Below are positions 40,135-48,896 of a stretch of 64,000 bases of DNA, piece after piece. Below the pieces are notes generated by a model that worked only from the letters and a program-made list of their open reading frames with translations, searched no databases and was not told the DNA's origin. The position numbers and the translations under genes were made by a program. The stretch is taken from the NCBI GenBank assembly GCA_022710715.1, contig JAKLGJ010000004.1, forward strand, positions 128,166 through 192,165. The letters run 5' to 3'. The number at the start of each line of letters is the position of its first letter. Position 1 is the stretch's first letter. This DNA comes from Candidatus Omnitrophota bacterium (lineage in GTDB: Bacteria; Omnitrophota; Gorgyraeia; Gygaellales; Profunditerraquicolaceae).

Positions 40135-40916
40135 TCGGAGAGCTTATTAACGGCATGTACCGGCAGATCGCCGCCGCGCTTAAAGCCAAAGACGCTGCAG
40201 CGATACAGAATTGCGCCCGCCAGCAGCTTGCTGCCGGCGCGCAGGCGCTGGATATCAACTGCGGGCCGGGTTCAGCCGATCCGGTCAGGGACATGGTGTG
40301 GCTGGTGGAGACGGTGCAGTCGGTTGCCGCAAGCATGATCGTGCTGGACGCCAGCAAGCCGGCGGTGATCGAGGCGGGATTGCAGGCCGCCCGGGTACCG
40401 ACGATGATCAATTCTACGACCGCGGACAGAGAAAAACTGGAAGTGCTGGTGGGGCTGGCCAGGCGCTATAACGCCAAGTTGATCGGGCTGGCCATGGACG
40501 CCCGCGGCATCCCGCAGAACAAGGATCAGCGCCTGGAATTGGCGGCGTCCATAGTATCGTTCTGCGCGGAAAAAGAATTTCCCCTGGAGGATCTCTATCT
40601 GGACCCGGTGCTGCTGCCGGTCAAAGTAGGCCAGGCCCACCTGGAGGCGATCCTGGAATCGATACGCGAGTTCAAGATCATTTCCCGGCCGAGCCCCAAA
40701 ACCGTTGTGGGGTTGAGCAATGTATCCCAGGGGATTCCAGCAGTCAGGAGCCTGATCAATCGCACGTTTTTAAGCATGGCGGCCGCCGCCGGACTGGACG
40801 CGGCGATACTCGATCCGCTGGACAAGGATCTGATGGATACCTTGATCACGGCCGAAGTGATCCTGAACAAAGAGATTTATTGCGATTCATTCTTGACCGG
40901 GCGGCGAAAGAAGTAG
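40125..40916 (+). CDS. acsE: Methyl-THF:corrinoid iron-sulfur protein methyltransferase
   Basis: MFIIGELINGMY...ALDINCGP...MINSTTADREK...GLSNVSQG...NRTFL align with Moorella AcsE (pterin-binding TIM barrel). Start ATG 40125 overlaps the acsD stop. Confidence 0.9.
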   Translation: MFIIGELINGMYRQIAAALKAKDAAAIQNCARQQLAAGAQALDINCGPGSADPVRDMVWLVETVQSVAASMIVLDASKPAVIEAGLQAARVPTMINSTTADREKLEVLVGLARRYNAKLIGLAMDARGIPQNKDQRLELAASIVSFCAEKEFPLEDLYLDPVLLPVKVGQAHLEAILESIREFKIISRPSPKTVVGLSNVSQGIPAVRSLINRTFLSMAAAAGLDAAILDPLDKDLMDTLITAEVILNKEIYCDSFLTGRRKK

Positions 40917-40942
40917 ATAATAGTTCAACGAGGTGAAGAGTA

Positions 40943-42238
40943 ATGCGGAATGCGCGCTGGATGGTATCCGTTTTTTTTGTGCTGGCGACGTCAGTCGTCG
41001 CGACTGCCCAGGTAGATTTCAAAGAGCTGGTCAGGATCGAAGCCGACTACATCCTCTCCTGCCAGTATGTGAGCGAAACCGATCCTGCTTCGGGAGCCAT
41101 TAATAATGTCTATGGCCTGCCGACGTGGGTGGTGCCGCGTGAAAATGCCCTGGCCATCCTGGCCCTGGTGCAGGCTGCCGAGATCCTCGATGACGAGCAG
41201 TACATCCAGCGGGCGCGCCTGGCCGCGGATTATCTCGTACGTATCCAGGATACAGACGGCGCCTGGTATAATCAATATCGTTATACCGCCGCCGGCGATC
41301 CGGATAATCCGGATCGCAGCGAGACGCTGGCAAAGTCGCCGACCCAGGCCGCGGAAGTGATGATCGCTCTGTACCGGCTCGGGTACGAATCCGGTTATTA
41401 TCCGGCGATGAAAAAGGCCGCCGGTTATTTGATGGCCTGTCAGAACAGCGGCGGCAACGGCTTCCTGCTGGGCGGCGGCAAGGACGCGCAGGGGGTGTTT
41501 CGCAGCTGGCGCTGGGCGTCGGACAACGCATTCGCTTTCCAGGCGCTTAAGGCCGCCGAGACCTGGGCGGTGATGCATAACGATCTGCGCTTCGCTCTGT
41601 TCTGCTCCAGGTCTGCCCGCAAGATCGCCGTCGGGATCAACAGGAATTTATACATCGCAGACAAAAAAGATCCCGATTACGGGGTCTGGCACCGGGTTGT
41701 GGATGAGATGAATATCCCGGTCGAACCGTTGCGCCACGACTGGATCAATTACGCTCCCCAGATGCTGGATCTGCCCTGCAAGGGAGTGAATAACGCCAGA
41801 GTCGGCCACTGGATACACCGCACTCTGCAGAATGAACATTTTGCCTGCATCTGGGACGACACGCAGTTCACCCACCGGGAATCGCCCGGATATACGTTCC
41901 AGGCGGTGCTGTGCTGGCGCGACCTCGGCCAGGAAGAATATTTTTTCAAAGCGTTGATCTGGGCTTTGAACAGCGGTCTGTGGAAAAATACCATTGATTG
42001 TAATCCGGCGGTCGGCGGCTGGGTAGACTGGCAGGATACGCAAACCGGCGAGCAGTCTCCCTGCTGGCAGCGTTTCATCGACACCAGCTTTTATTCGATC
42101 GCCGCTTTTAACGGCGGATATGCGTTCAGGGTCATTCCGAGTTTCTTGCGTATCAGTTATTCCAATCCCAAGACAACTTCCGGCGCCCCCTGTTATCTGC
42201 AATTGAGTTTTCCTGAAACGGAGTCCGAGACGGAATAA
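40943..42238 (+). CDS. Secreted protein with prenyltransferase/terpene-cyclase-like alpha/alpha-toroid repeats (function unknown)
   Basis: Signal peptide MRNARWMVSVFFVLATSVVATAQ. Repeated motifs of the form QxxDG(A/G)W and ENALAILAL suggest an (alpha/alpha)6 toroid. The family assignment is tentative. Confidence 0.45.
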   Translation: MRNARWMVSVFFVLATSVVATAQVDFKELVRIEADYILSCQYVSETDPASGAINNVYGLPTWVVPRENALAILALVQAAEILDDEQYIQRARLAADYLVRIQDTDGAWYNQYRYTAAGDPDNPDRSETLAKSPTQAAEVMIALYRLGYESGYYPAMKKAAGYLMACQNSGGNGFLLGGGKDAQGVFRSWRWASDNAFAFQALKAAETWAVMHNDLRFALFCSRSARKIAVGINRNLYIADKKDPDYGVWHRVVDEMNIPVEPLRHDWINYAPQMLDLPCKGVNNARVGHWIHRTLQNEHFACIWDDTQFTHRESPGYTFQAVLCWRDLGQEEYFFKALIWALNSGLWKNTIDCNPAVGGWVDWQDTQTGEQSPCWQRFIDTSFYSIAAFNGGYAFRVIPSFLRISYSNPKTTSGAPCYLQLSFPETESETE

Positions 42239-42244
42239 AGCCAC

Positions 42245-43444
42245 ATGTCACGACAACTACCCGATACAAAAGGATATTTCGGTCAATTCGGCGGGATGTT
42301 TGTTCCGGAAACGCTGGTTGCCGCCCTGCAGGCGCTGGCTGCGGAGTACGCCCGGGCCAGAACCGATGCGCGTTTCCGGGACGCGCTGCGTTATTATCTG
42401 ACGGAATACGCCGGTCGGCCGACCCCGTTGTATCGCGCGGATAACCTGGCGAAAGAACTGGGTATCCGCAGGGTATACCTCAAGCGGGAAGACCTGCTGC
42501 ATACCGGCGCGCATAAGATCAATAACTGCCTTGGTCAGATCCTGCTGGCTAAGCGCATGCACAAAACCCGGGTGATCGCGGAAACCGGCGCCGGCCAGCA
42601 CGGCGTGGCTACGGCTACGGTGGCGGCGCTGTTCGGCATGCGCTGCGTGGTTTTCATGGGCGCGGAAGATATCGAGCGGCAGAAGCTCAATGTTTTTCGC
42701 ATGAAATTGCTCGGCGCGCAGGTGGTGCCGGTCACCAGCGGTTCCCGGACGCTCAAAGACGCGATCAACGAAGCTATGCGCGACTGGGTCACCAATGTCG
42801 CCACTACATTCTATATTTTCGGCACTGTTGCCGGCCCGCATCCCTACCCGCTGATCGTGCGCGATTTTCAGGCGGTGATCGGGCAGGAATCGCGCCGGCA
42901 GCTGTTGCGCAGGGAAAAGCGCCTGCCGGATTATCTGGTCGCCTGTGTCGGCGGCGGGAGCAACGCCATGGGTATGTTCTATCCGTTTTTCCGGGACAGG
43001 AGCGTGCGTTTCATCGGAGTGGAGGCCGGCGGCGAAGGGTTGGCCTCCGGCAGGCACGCAGCCACGCTTTGCCGCGGCAGGATGGGGGTGCTCCACGGAG
43101 CGAAATCCTTCGTCCTGGAGGATGCTTTCGGCCAGATCAAAGCCACGCATTCGATTTCCGCAGGGCTGGATTATCCCGGGGTGGGACCGGAACACGCCTA
43201 TTATCAATTAAGCCGCCGGGCGCAGTACGTTTCGGTGACCGACAAGCAGGCGCTCGAAGCGGTCCAGATGCTTTCCCGCACCGAAGGGATCATTCCCGCG
43301 CTGGAATCCGCGCATGCGCTGGCGTATCTTAAAAAGATGCCGGCGCGCAAAAAAAAGGACGCGTTGATGGTGGTTTGCGTATCGGGAAGAGGCGATAAGG
43401 ATATGCCCACCGTCATGAAAGCCATGCACTATGAGCAGGATTGA
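42245..43444 (+). CDS. trpB: Tryptophan synthase beta chain
   Basis: Motifs HTGAHKINN (PLP-binding lysine) and GGGSNA. 399 aa. Confidence 0.95.
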   Translation: MSRQLPDTKGYFGQFGGMFVPETLVAALQALAAEYARARTDARFRDALRYYLTEYAGRPTPLYRADNLAKELGIRRVYLKREDLLHTGAHKINNCLGQILLAKRMHKTRVIAETGAGQHGVATATVAALFGMRCVVFMGAEDIERQKLNVFRMKLLGAQVVPVTSGSRTLKDAINEAMRDWVTNVATTFYIFGTVAGPHPYPLIVRDFQAVIGQESRRQLLRREKRLPDYLVACVGGGSNAMGMFYPFFRDRSVRFIGVEAGGEGLASGRHAATLCRGRMGVLHGAKSFVLEDAFGQIKATHSISAGLDYPGVGPEHAYYQLSRRAQYVSVTDKQALEAVQMLSRTEGIIPALESAHALAYLKKMPARKKKDALMVVCVSGRGDKDMPTVMKAMHYEQD

Positions 43445-44219
43445 AGCCAGGTTCAGCTATTTGAAGAAGAACAGGCGCAAAGCGTTTGTCGCGTTTCTGA
43501 CCGCCGGGTATCCCAATTTGCCGTCGACCGCAGCGTTTATCCGCGCGTTCGACCGGATCGGAGTGGATGTCCTGGAACTGGGGATCCCTTTTTCCGACCC
43601 CATCGCCGACGGGCCGGTGATCCAGGCCGCTTCCCATGAAGCCCTGCGCAAGGGCGTTACCCTCGAAGCGGTACTGCGGGTGGTACGCCGCGCGCGCGAT
43701 CAGGGGGTCAGCCTGCCGATATGTTTCATGTCGTATTACAACCCGGTTTTCTGCTACGGCGTTGAGCGTTTTATCCGGAAAGCCGCAGCTTCAGGCGTCG
43801 ATGGCATGATCATTCCGGATCTTCCCCTGGAGGAAGCCAGGACCTTTTCCCGCCTGGCTCGTCGCCATGGGCTGGATACGATCCTGTTCATCTCGCAGAC
43901 GACCGCCGCCTCCCGGCAGAAGCGGATCGTTGCGCAGTCGCAGGGATTCATCTATTATATTTCTCTGACCGGCACAACCGGGGCGCGCGCCGCTTTGCCT
44001 TCCGGCATCGCCGGACAGGTGCGCAGGATCAAGCGATTGACCGCCAAGCCGGTGTGCGTGGGTTTCGGCATTTCCACTCCCGCCCAGGTCAAGCGTCTGC
44101 AGTCGGCAGCCGACGGCGTTATCGTGGGAAGCGCCATTGTCAGAAAGATCAAGGAATATGCCGGCAGACCGGATATGGTCGAACGCGTGACCGCTTTTGT
44201 GGCGTCTCTGAAAGGATAA
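43431..44219 (+). CDS. trpA: Tryptophan synthase alpha chain
   Basis: [28 protein letters not shown] and YISLTGTTG. Confidence 0.9.
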   Translation: MSRIEARFSYLKKNRRKAFVAFLTAGYPNLPSTAAFIRAFDRIGVDVLELGIPFSDPIADGPVIQAASHEALRKGVTLEAVLRVVRRARDQGVSLPICFMSYYNPVFCYGVERFIRKAAASGVDGMIIPDLPLEEARTFSRLARRHGLDTILFISQTTAASRQKRIVAQSQGFIYYISLTGTTGARAALPSGIAGQVRRIKRLTAKPVCVGFGISTPAQVKRLQSAADGVIVGSAIVRKIKEYAGRPDMVERVTAFVASLKG

Positions 44220-44221
44220 GC

Positions 44222-45487
44222 ATGTATTCCAAGACTATCGTGGGAAACGGCGTGCGGGTGATCAGCTGTCCGATGAAGGACCGGCAGTCCCTGGCTGTCG
44301 GCATATGGGTGGCAGTGGGCAGCCGGTACGAGAACCAGCGCAATGCCGGCATCAGCCATTACCTGGAGCATATGGTTTTCAAAGGCACCGAACATTTTAC
44401 CTGCCAGCAGATCAAGGAATCCATCGAGGGCGTCGGTGGTTCCTTTAACGGGTTCACTTCCGAAGAGATCACCTGTTATTTCGTCAAAATGCCCGGTAGA
44501 TATCTCGATCTGTCGCTGGATATCCTTTCGGATATGGTCCTGTATCCGCAATTGAAGCAAAAGGATGTGCTCAAGGAACGCACGGTTATCCTGGAAGAGA
44601 TAAAAATGTATAAGGATCAACCGCAGAGTCATGTCTACGAATTGCTGGATAAACTGCTCTGGCCGGCGCATCCGCTGGGCATGAGCACGCTGGGCACGGA
44701 GGAGTCGGTCAGCGCCGTCACCCGCGCCGACCTGGCGGCGTACCAGAAACAGAATTATGCGCCGAAGAATATCGTGGTCAGCGTTGCCGGTTCGATCGAC
44801 CCGGTCCTGCTGTCGCGCAAAGTGGCCAGACGTTTTTCCGGCCTGCCGGCTTCGGATACGCTGGCGGCGCTGCCGGTGATCGGCCGTCAGTCAAAAGCGC
44901 AGGTCACGCTGGTCTCCAAGGATACCGAGCAGAGCCATATGGTCATCGGTTTCCCCGGGTTGCACCGCGATCATCCTTTGAAACACGCGCTGGGGCTGCT
45001 GCATATTTCGCTCGGAGCGAATTCCTCCAGCCGGCTCTTCAACGAAGTGCGGGAAAAGCGCGGTCTGGCGTATGAGATCGGCACGCACGTCAAATTCCTC
45101 AAGGATACCGGCGCTTTCATCGTGCATGCCGGCGTGGACAATCGCAAGGTCAAAGATACCATCCGGCTGGTCTTCAAGGAACTGGGCAAGACTACCCGCA
45201 GCGTTCTCTCTCGCGCAGAACTCAAGCGCGCCAGGGAATTCTATCTCGGCCAGCTTACGCTGGCGCTGGAAGATACGATGGACCAGATGATGTGGATCGG
45301 AGAATCCACGGTGTCTCTGGACCGTACCTATACGCTTAAACAGGTCATCAATGAAGTCCAGCGGGTTACTCCCGAAGATATCCGGGAAGTCAGCCGGCTG
45401 CTCTTCCGGTCGAACATGGCGAACCTGGCTTTGATCGGGCCGCTGCGCGAGCATGAGCGCACGATGCTCGAGTGGATGGTGCTGTGA
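44222..45487 (+). CDS. M16-family zinc peptidase (insulinase/pitrilysin-like)
   Basis: Inverted zinc motif HYLEHMVFKGT with the downstream Glu (LEEI). Start ATG 44222 is inside ORF 44054, directly after the trpA stop. Confidence 0.8.
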   Translation: MYSKTIVGNGVRVISCPMKDRQSLAVGIWVAVGSRYENQRNAGISHYLEHMVFKGTEHFTCQQIKESIEGVGGSFNGFTSEEITCYFVKMPGRYLDLSLDILSDMVLYPQLKQKDVLKERTVILEEIKMYKDQPQSHVYELLDKLLWPAHPLGMSTLGTEESVSAVTRADLAAYQKQNYAPKNIVVSVAGSIDPVLLSRKVARRFSGLPASDTLAALPVIGRQSKAQVTLVSKDTEQSHMVIGFPGLHRDHPLKHALGLLHISLGANSSSRLFNEVREKRGLAYEIGTHVKFLKDTGAFIVHAGVDNRKVKDTIRLVFKELGKTTRSVLSRAELKRAREFYLGQLTLALEDTMDQMMWIGESTVSLDRTYTLKQVINEVQRVTPEDIREVSRLLFRSNMANLALIGPLREHERTMLEWMVL

Positions 45488-46497
45488 TGCACATGCTTTT
45501 TTTATTATTCCTGCCCGGGCTGCTGCTGCTGGCTCTTTTATCATTCCTTTTCTCGCTTTCGGAAACTTCTATCATCGGTTTAAGCAAGATCAAGCTGCAT
45601 CATATGCTTTCGCGGGGGATCAAGAACAGCAAAAAGGTGCAGCAGCTCATCACCCAGTCGGATAAGCTGATAGTGACCATCCTGGTGGGCAATAATTTCG
45701 TCAACATCGCTTTTTCGGTTTTGGTATCGGCGTTCCTGGTCAAGCTGCTGGGCGAGCAGTGGGGCGTGGTGCTCGCAACGTTCCTCACCGCCGCGTTCAT
45801 CCTGATCTTCTGCGAAATCCTTCCCAAAATGCTGGCTTTAAAGAATACCGAGCGCATGGCTTTGTTCGTGGCGCCGATCATGAACGTGGGGATCCGTTTG
45901 TTGAATCCGGTGAGCCGGATATTCATGCGCATCAGCGACGGCATCCTGAAGATCCTGCGCATCGAGCTTCCCAAACGTTCGCCTCTGATCACCGAAGAGG
46001 AACTGCGGCTGATGATCGAGGTGGGCAAGGAAACCGGCGTGCTCACCGAAGAAGAGCGCGGCATGCTGCACCGTATTTTCGAGTTCGGGGATACCCGGGT
46101 GGAAGAGGTGATGATCCCCCGGGCGCAGATGGTCGCCGCCAGTATTTCCAGCTCGGCGGAGCAATTGCTGGACATATTCGCCGAAGAGGGGCATTCGCGT
46201 ATTCCGGTCTATAAAGGCTCGCTGGATACCGTGGTCGGGGTGATCTATGCCCGGGATCTGATCTATACAATGCGGGATAAAGGGTTATTCGTGGTACAGG
46301 ACCTGGTGCATCGGGTGTATTCCGCTCCCGCCGGGATGCGGGTGAACGAGCTGCTGCGTAAATTCCAGGCGGAGAAGATGCAGATCGCGATCGTGGTCGG
46401 CCCGGACAACAAAACCCTGGGCGTGGTCACGCTGGAGGACCTGATCGAGGAAATTGTCGGAGAAATCGAGGAACAACACACTCCGGCGGCTAAATAG
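45472..46497 (+). CDS. CNNM/DUF21 transmembrane domain plus CBS-pair protein (HlyC/CorC-type transporter family)
   Basis: Four N-terminal TM helices followed by two CBS domains (EEVMIPR..., RIPVY...VVGVI), with no obvious CorC_HlyC C-terminal domain. Confidence 0.8.
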   Translation: MDGAVMHMLFLLFLPGLLLLALLSFLFSLSETSIIGLSKIKLHHMLSRGIKNSKKVQQLITQSDKLIVTILVGNNFVNIAFSVLVSAFLVKLLGEQWGVVLATFLTAAFILIFCEILPKMLALKNTERMALFVAPIMNVGIRLLNPVSRIFMRISDGILKILRIELPKRSPLITEEELRLMIEVGKETGVLTEEERGMLHRIFEFGDTRVEEVMIPRAQMVAASISSSAEQLLDIFAEEGHSRIPVYKGSLDTVVGVIYARDLIYTMRDKGLFVVQDLVHRVYSAPAGMRVNELLRKFQAEKMQIAIVVGPDNKTLGVVTLEDLIEEIVGEIEEQHTPAAK

Positions 46498-46500
46498 CAT

Positions 46501-46528
46501 TTGACTTTGAATAGGCGCGGTGTATAAT
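46501..46528 (+). promoter_or_regulatory. Sigma70-like promoter TTGACT-16-TATAAT upstream of the small zinc-ribbon gene
   Basis: ttgact at 46501-46506, a 16-nt spacer and tataat at 46523-46528. The RBS aaaggag and ATG 46600 follow. Confidence 0.45.
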
Positions 46529-46599
46529 AATCAAACAAGAACACAGTCGTGGGGTTATAAGCGTACGGCTTCCAGCCGCAACCTCAAAAAGGAGTGGAT

Positions 46600-46749
46600 A
46601 TGGCAGAGAAGGGATATTGCGTTAAGTGCAAGGCGAAAAGAGATATGAAAGATGAGCAGAAAGTTACCATGAAGAACGGCCGCGCTGCAGTCAAGGGGAA
46701 ATGTCCTACCTGCGGGACCGGCATGTATAAAATTTTGGGCAAAAAATAA
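46600..46749 (+). CDS. Small zinc-ribbon protein (49 aa, CxxC-x24-CxxC, lysine-rich; DUF5679-like)
   Basis: Not in the ORF table because it is under 60 aa. ATG 46600 has the RBS aaaggag 6 nt upstream. It translates to MAEKGYCVKCKAKRDMKDEQKVTMKNGRAAVKGKCPTCGTGMYKILGKK, it is followed by a 13-bp hairpin, and a dedicated promoter lies upstream. Confidence 0.6.
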   Translation: MAEKGYCVKCKAKRDMKDEQKVTMKNGRAAVKGKCPTCGTGMYKILGKK

Positions 46750-46789
46750 TACCTTTTGTCCGGTATTCATTTAAGAAAGACTTGAGCCT

Positions 46790-46820
46790 GCCCCGTTAGA
46801 GCATAGCGCTCTAACGGGGC
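46790..46820 (+). terminator. Perfect 13-bp stem hairpin (GCCCCGTTAGAGC-ATAGC-GCTCTAACGGGGC) after the small zinc-ribbon gene, with no U-tract
   Basis: Read directly from the sequence. It may be a terminator or a processing element, but the following sequence ttgcc is not U-rich. Confidence 0.35.
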
Positions 46821-46923
46821 TTGCCTATACAGGAGGGGATGAGGTATCGACTCCAAGAAAGTAGCCCTGAAGATCGCAGCCGTCGCCAAAGAGAAAAAAG
46901 CGCTGAAAGTTACCGTTCTGGAC

Positions 46924-47211
46924 ATGCGCCAGGTCTGTAATTTTTGCGATTATTTTGTCATCGCCAGCGGCAATTCTCTGCGCCAGGTCAACGCTATCGC
47001 CGACGCCATACAGGACAAACTCTCCGAGCACAAGATGGTCTCGTTGTCCAAGCCCGGCGCGAACGATGAATCCGGCTGGATAGTCCTTGATTATTCCGTC
47101 GTGGTGGTGCACGTTTTCTACAAACCGATGCGCGAATTCTACAATCTTGAGCATCTCTGGTCCGATGCCAAGAAGGTCAGGATTGCTCAAAAGGCGCTTT
47201 CCAGCCGTTAA
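46924..47211 (+). CDS. rsfS: Ribosomal silencing factor RsfS (Iojap family); the real N-terminus probably lies about 25 codons upstream, without a canonical start
   Basis: DYFVIASGNSLRQVNAIADAI and the C-terminal WIVLDYSVVVVHVF match RsfS. The conserved N-terminal segment KVALKIAAVAKEKKALKVTVLD is encoded in frame upstream of ATG 46924, back to a TGA at 46840-46842, and has no ATG, GTG or TTG codon. Confidence 0.75.
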   Translation: MRQVCNFCDYFVIASGNSLRQVNAIADAIQDKLSEHKMVSLSKPGANDESGWIVLDYSVVVVHVFYKPMREFYNLEHLWSDAKKVRIAQKALSSR

Positions 47212-47250
47212 AATGCCATTCCCCGCAGTTACTCTTTCGAGCCAATTCAT

Positions 47251-48891
47251 ATGAAAATCGACATTCAGCACGAACTTAGGCAGATCCTTACCCTGGCCAT
47301 GGCGGACGCCGGGTTGTCTGCTTCCTGGCCTGCGGAGGCGCCGCTGGAATTCTCTCTGGCGTCGGGATTCGGCGATATCGCCAATAACAGCGCTTTGCGG
47401 CTGGCCAGCCTGCTCAAAAAACCGCCGCTGGAAGTCGCCAGGACTCTCGTGGCTGCCATGCAGCAGAGGATACCCGAGAGTGCTGCCCGCGAATATATCA
47501 AAGAGATCAAAGCCGAAGGCGCCGGGTTCATCAACGTTTATTTGAGCGAAGGGTATTTCTACGAATTATTGCGCGAGATACTCGTCAAAGGAGGGGATTG
47601 CGCGCGTTCCGATCTCGGCAAGGGAAAGCGCGTTCTGGTGGAGTTCGTCAGCGCCAATCCTACCGGCCCCTTATCCGTGGCGCATGCGCGTCAGGCAGTG
47701 GTCGGAGACGCATTAGCCAATATCCTGGGGTACCTGGGCTTCCGGGCCGACAAGGAATATTATCTCAACGATGAGGGCAATCAGATCAATATTCTCGGCG
47801 GTTCGGTACAATTGCGGCTGCGGGAACTTAACGGCGAAAAGATCGATTTCCCCGAGAACTATTATCAGGGCGAGTACATCGTGGATATTGCCCGCGAAAT
47901 CAAAGCGAAGCAACTGACGGTAGAGGATTTCCCGGCGTACAGCGGACAGGTTATCCTGGATGTGATCAAGCAGGAATTGAAAGATTTCGGCGTCACCTTC
48001 GACACCTGGTTCAGCCAGAAAGAACTGCGTACCAGCGGCAAGATCCAGGAAACCCTGGATTCCCTCAAGCAGCAGAAGCATCTCTATGAAGAAGACGGCG
48101 CGCTGTGGTTCAAATCCACAGCCTTCGGCGATGATAAGGACCGCGTGGTCATCAAGAGCGACGGGGCCTATACGTATCTGGCGCCGGATATCGCCTATCA
48201 CCGGGAAAAATTCAAGCGCGGCTACGAATGGCTGATCAATCTGTGGGGGCCGGATCATCACGGCTATATCAACCGCCTCAAGGCCGCAGTGATGGCTCTG
48301 GGCGGCAATGCGGATTCCCTGTCGGTGATCATCGTGCAGCTGGCTACGATCTTCCGGGACGGCAAGCTGGTCGAGATGTCCACCCGCAAAGGGCAGTATA
48401 TTACCCTGCGCGAGGTCCTGGACGAGGTGGGTATCGACGCCTCGCGGTTTTTCTTCCTGATGCGCAAGACCAACAGCCATCTCAATTTCGACCTGGAAAC
48501 CGCCAAGAAACAGACCCCGGAGAATCCGGTGTATTACATCCAGTATGCCCACGCGCGCATTTGCAGCATAGTGCGTCAGAGCCAGACCAAACCCGACGCC
48601 GCGACTCTCGCGGTGCATCTGCTCAAGGAGAAAGAGGAGCTGGCTCTGTTGAAGAAACTCTGGCAGTTTTCCTATATTCTCAAAATCTGTTATCTGACCG
48701 CCGATCCGTATATGCTCACCGTTTATTTGCAGGAGGCGGCGGAGTCATTCCATAAATTTTACGATAAGCATAAAGTACTGGGAACCGATATCCAGTTGAC
48801 CCAGGCCCGGCTGGGACTTATTTCCGCCGCCCGCATCGTGCTTGCGCAGGGGTTAAAGCTTATCGGCGTTTCGCAGCCGGAACAGATGTAA
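47251..48891 (+). CDS. argS: Arginine--tRNA ligase
   Basis: SANPTGPLSVAHARQAVVGD (HIGH-like), the KMSK-like MSTRKG, the DALR anticodon-binding C-terminus and a length of 546 aa. Confidence 0.95.
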   Translation: MKIDIQHELRQILTLAMADAGLSASWPAEAPLEFSLASGFGDIANNSALRLASLLKKPPLEVARTLVAAMQQRIPESAAREYIKEIKAEGAGFINVYLSEGYFYELLREILVKGGDCARSDLGKGKRVLVEFVSANPTGPLSVAHARQAVVGDALANILGYLGFRADKEYYLNDEGNQINILGGSVQLRLRELNGEKIDFPENYYQGEYIVDIAREIKAKQLTVEDFPAYSGQVILDVIKQELKDFGVTFDTWFSQKELRTSGKIQETLDSLKQQKHLYEEDGALWFKSTAFGDDKDRVVIKSDGAYTYLAPDIAYHREKFKRGYEWLINLWGPDHHGYINRLKAAVMALGGNADSLSVIIVQLATIFRDGKLVEMSTRKGQYITLREVLDEVGIDASRFFFLMRKTNSHLNFDLETAKKQTPENPVYYIQYAHARICSIVRQSQTKPDAATLAVHLLKEKEELALLKKLWQFSYILKICYLTADPYMLTVYLQEAAESFHKFYDKHKVLGTDIQLTQARLGLISAARIVLAQGLKLIGVSQPEQM

Positions 48892-48896
48892 TCGAT

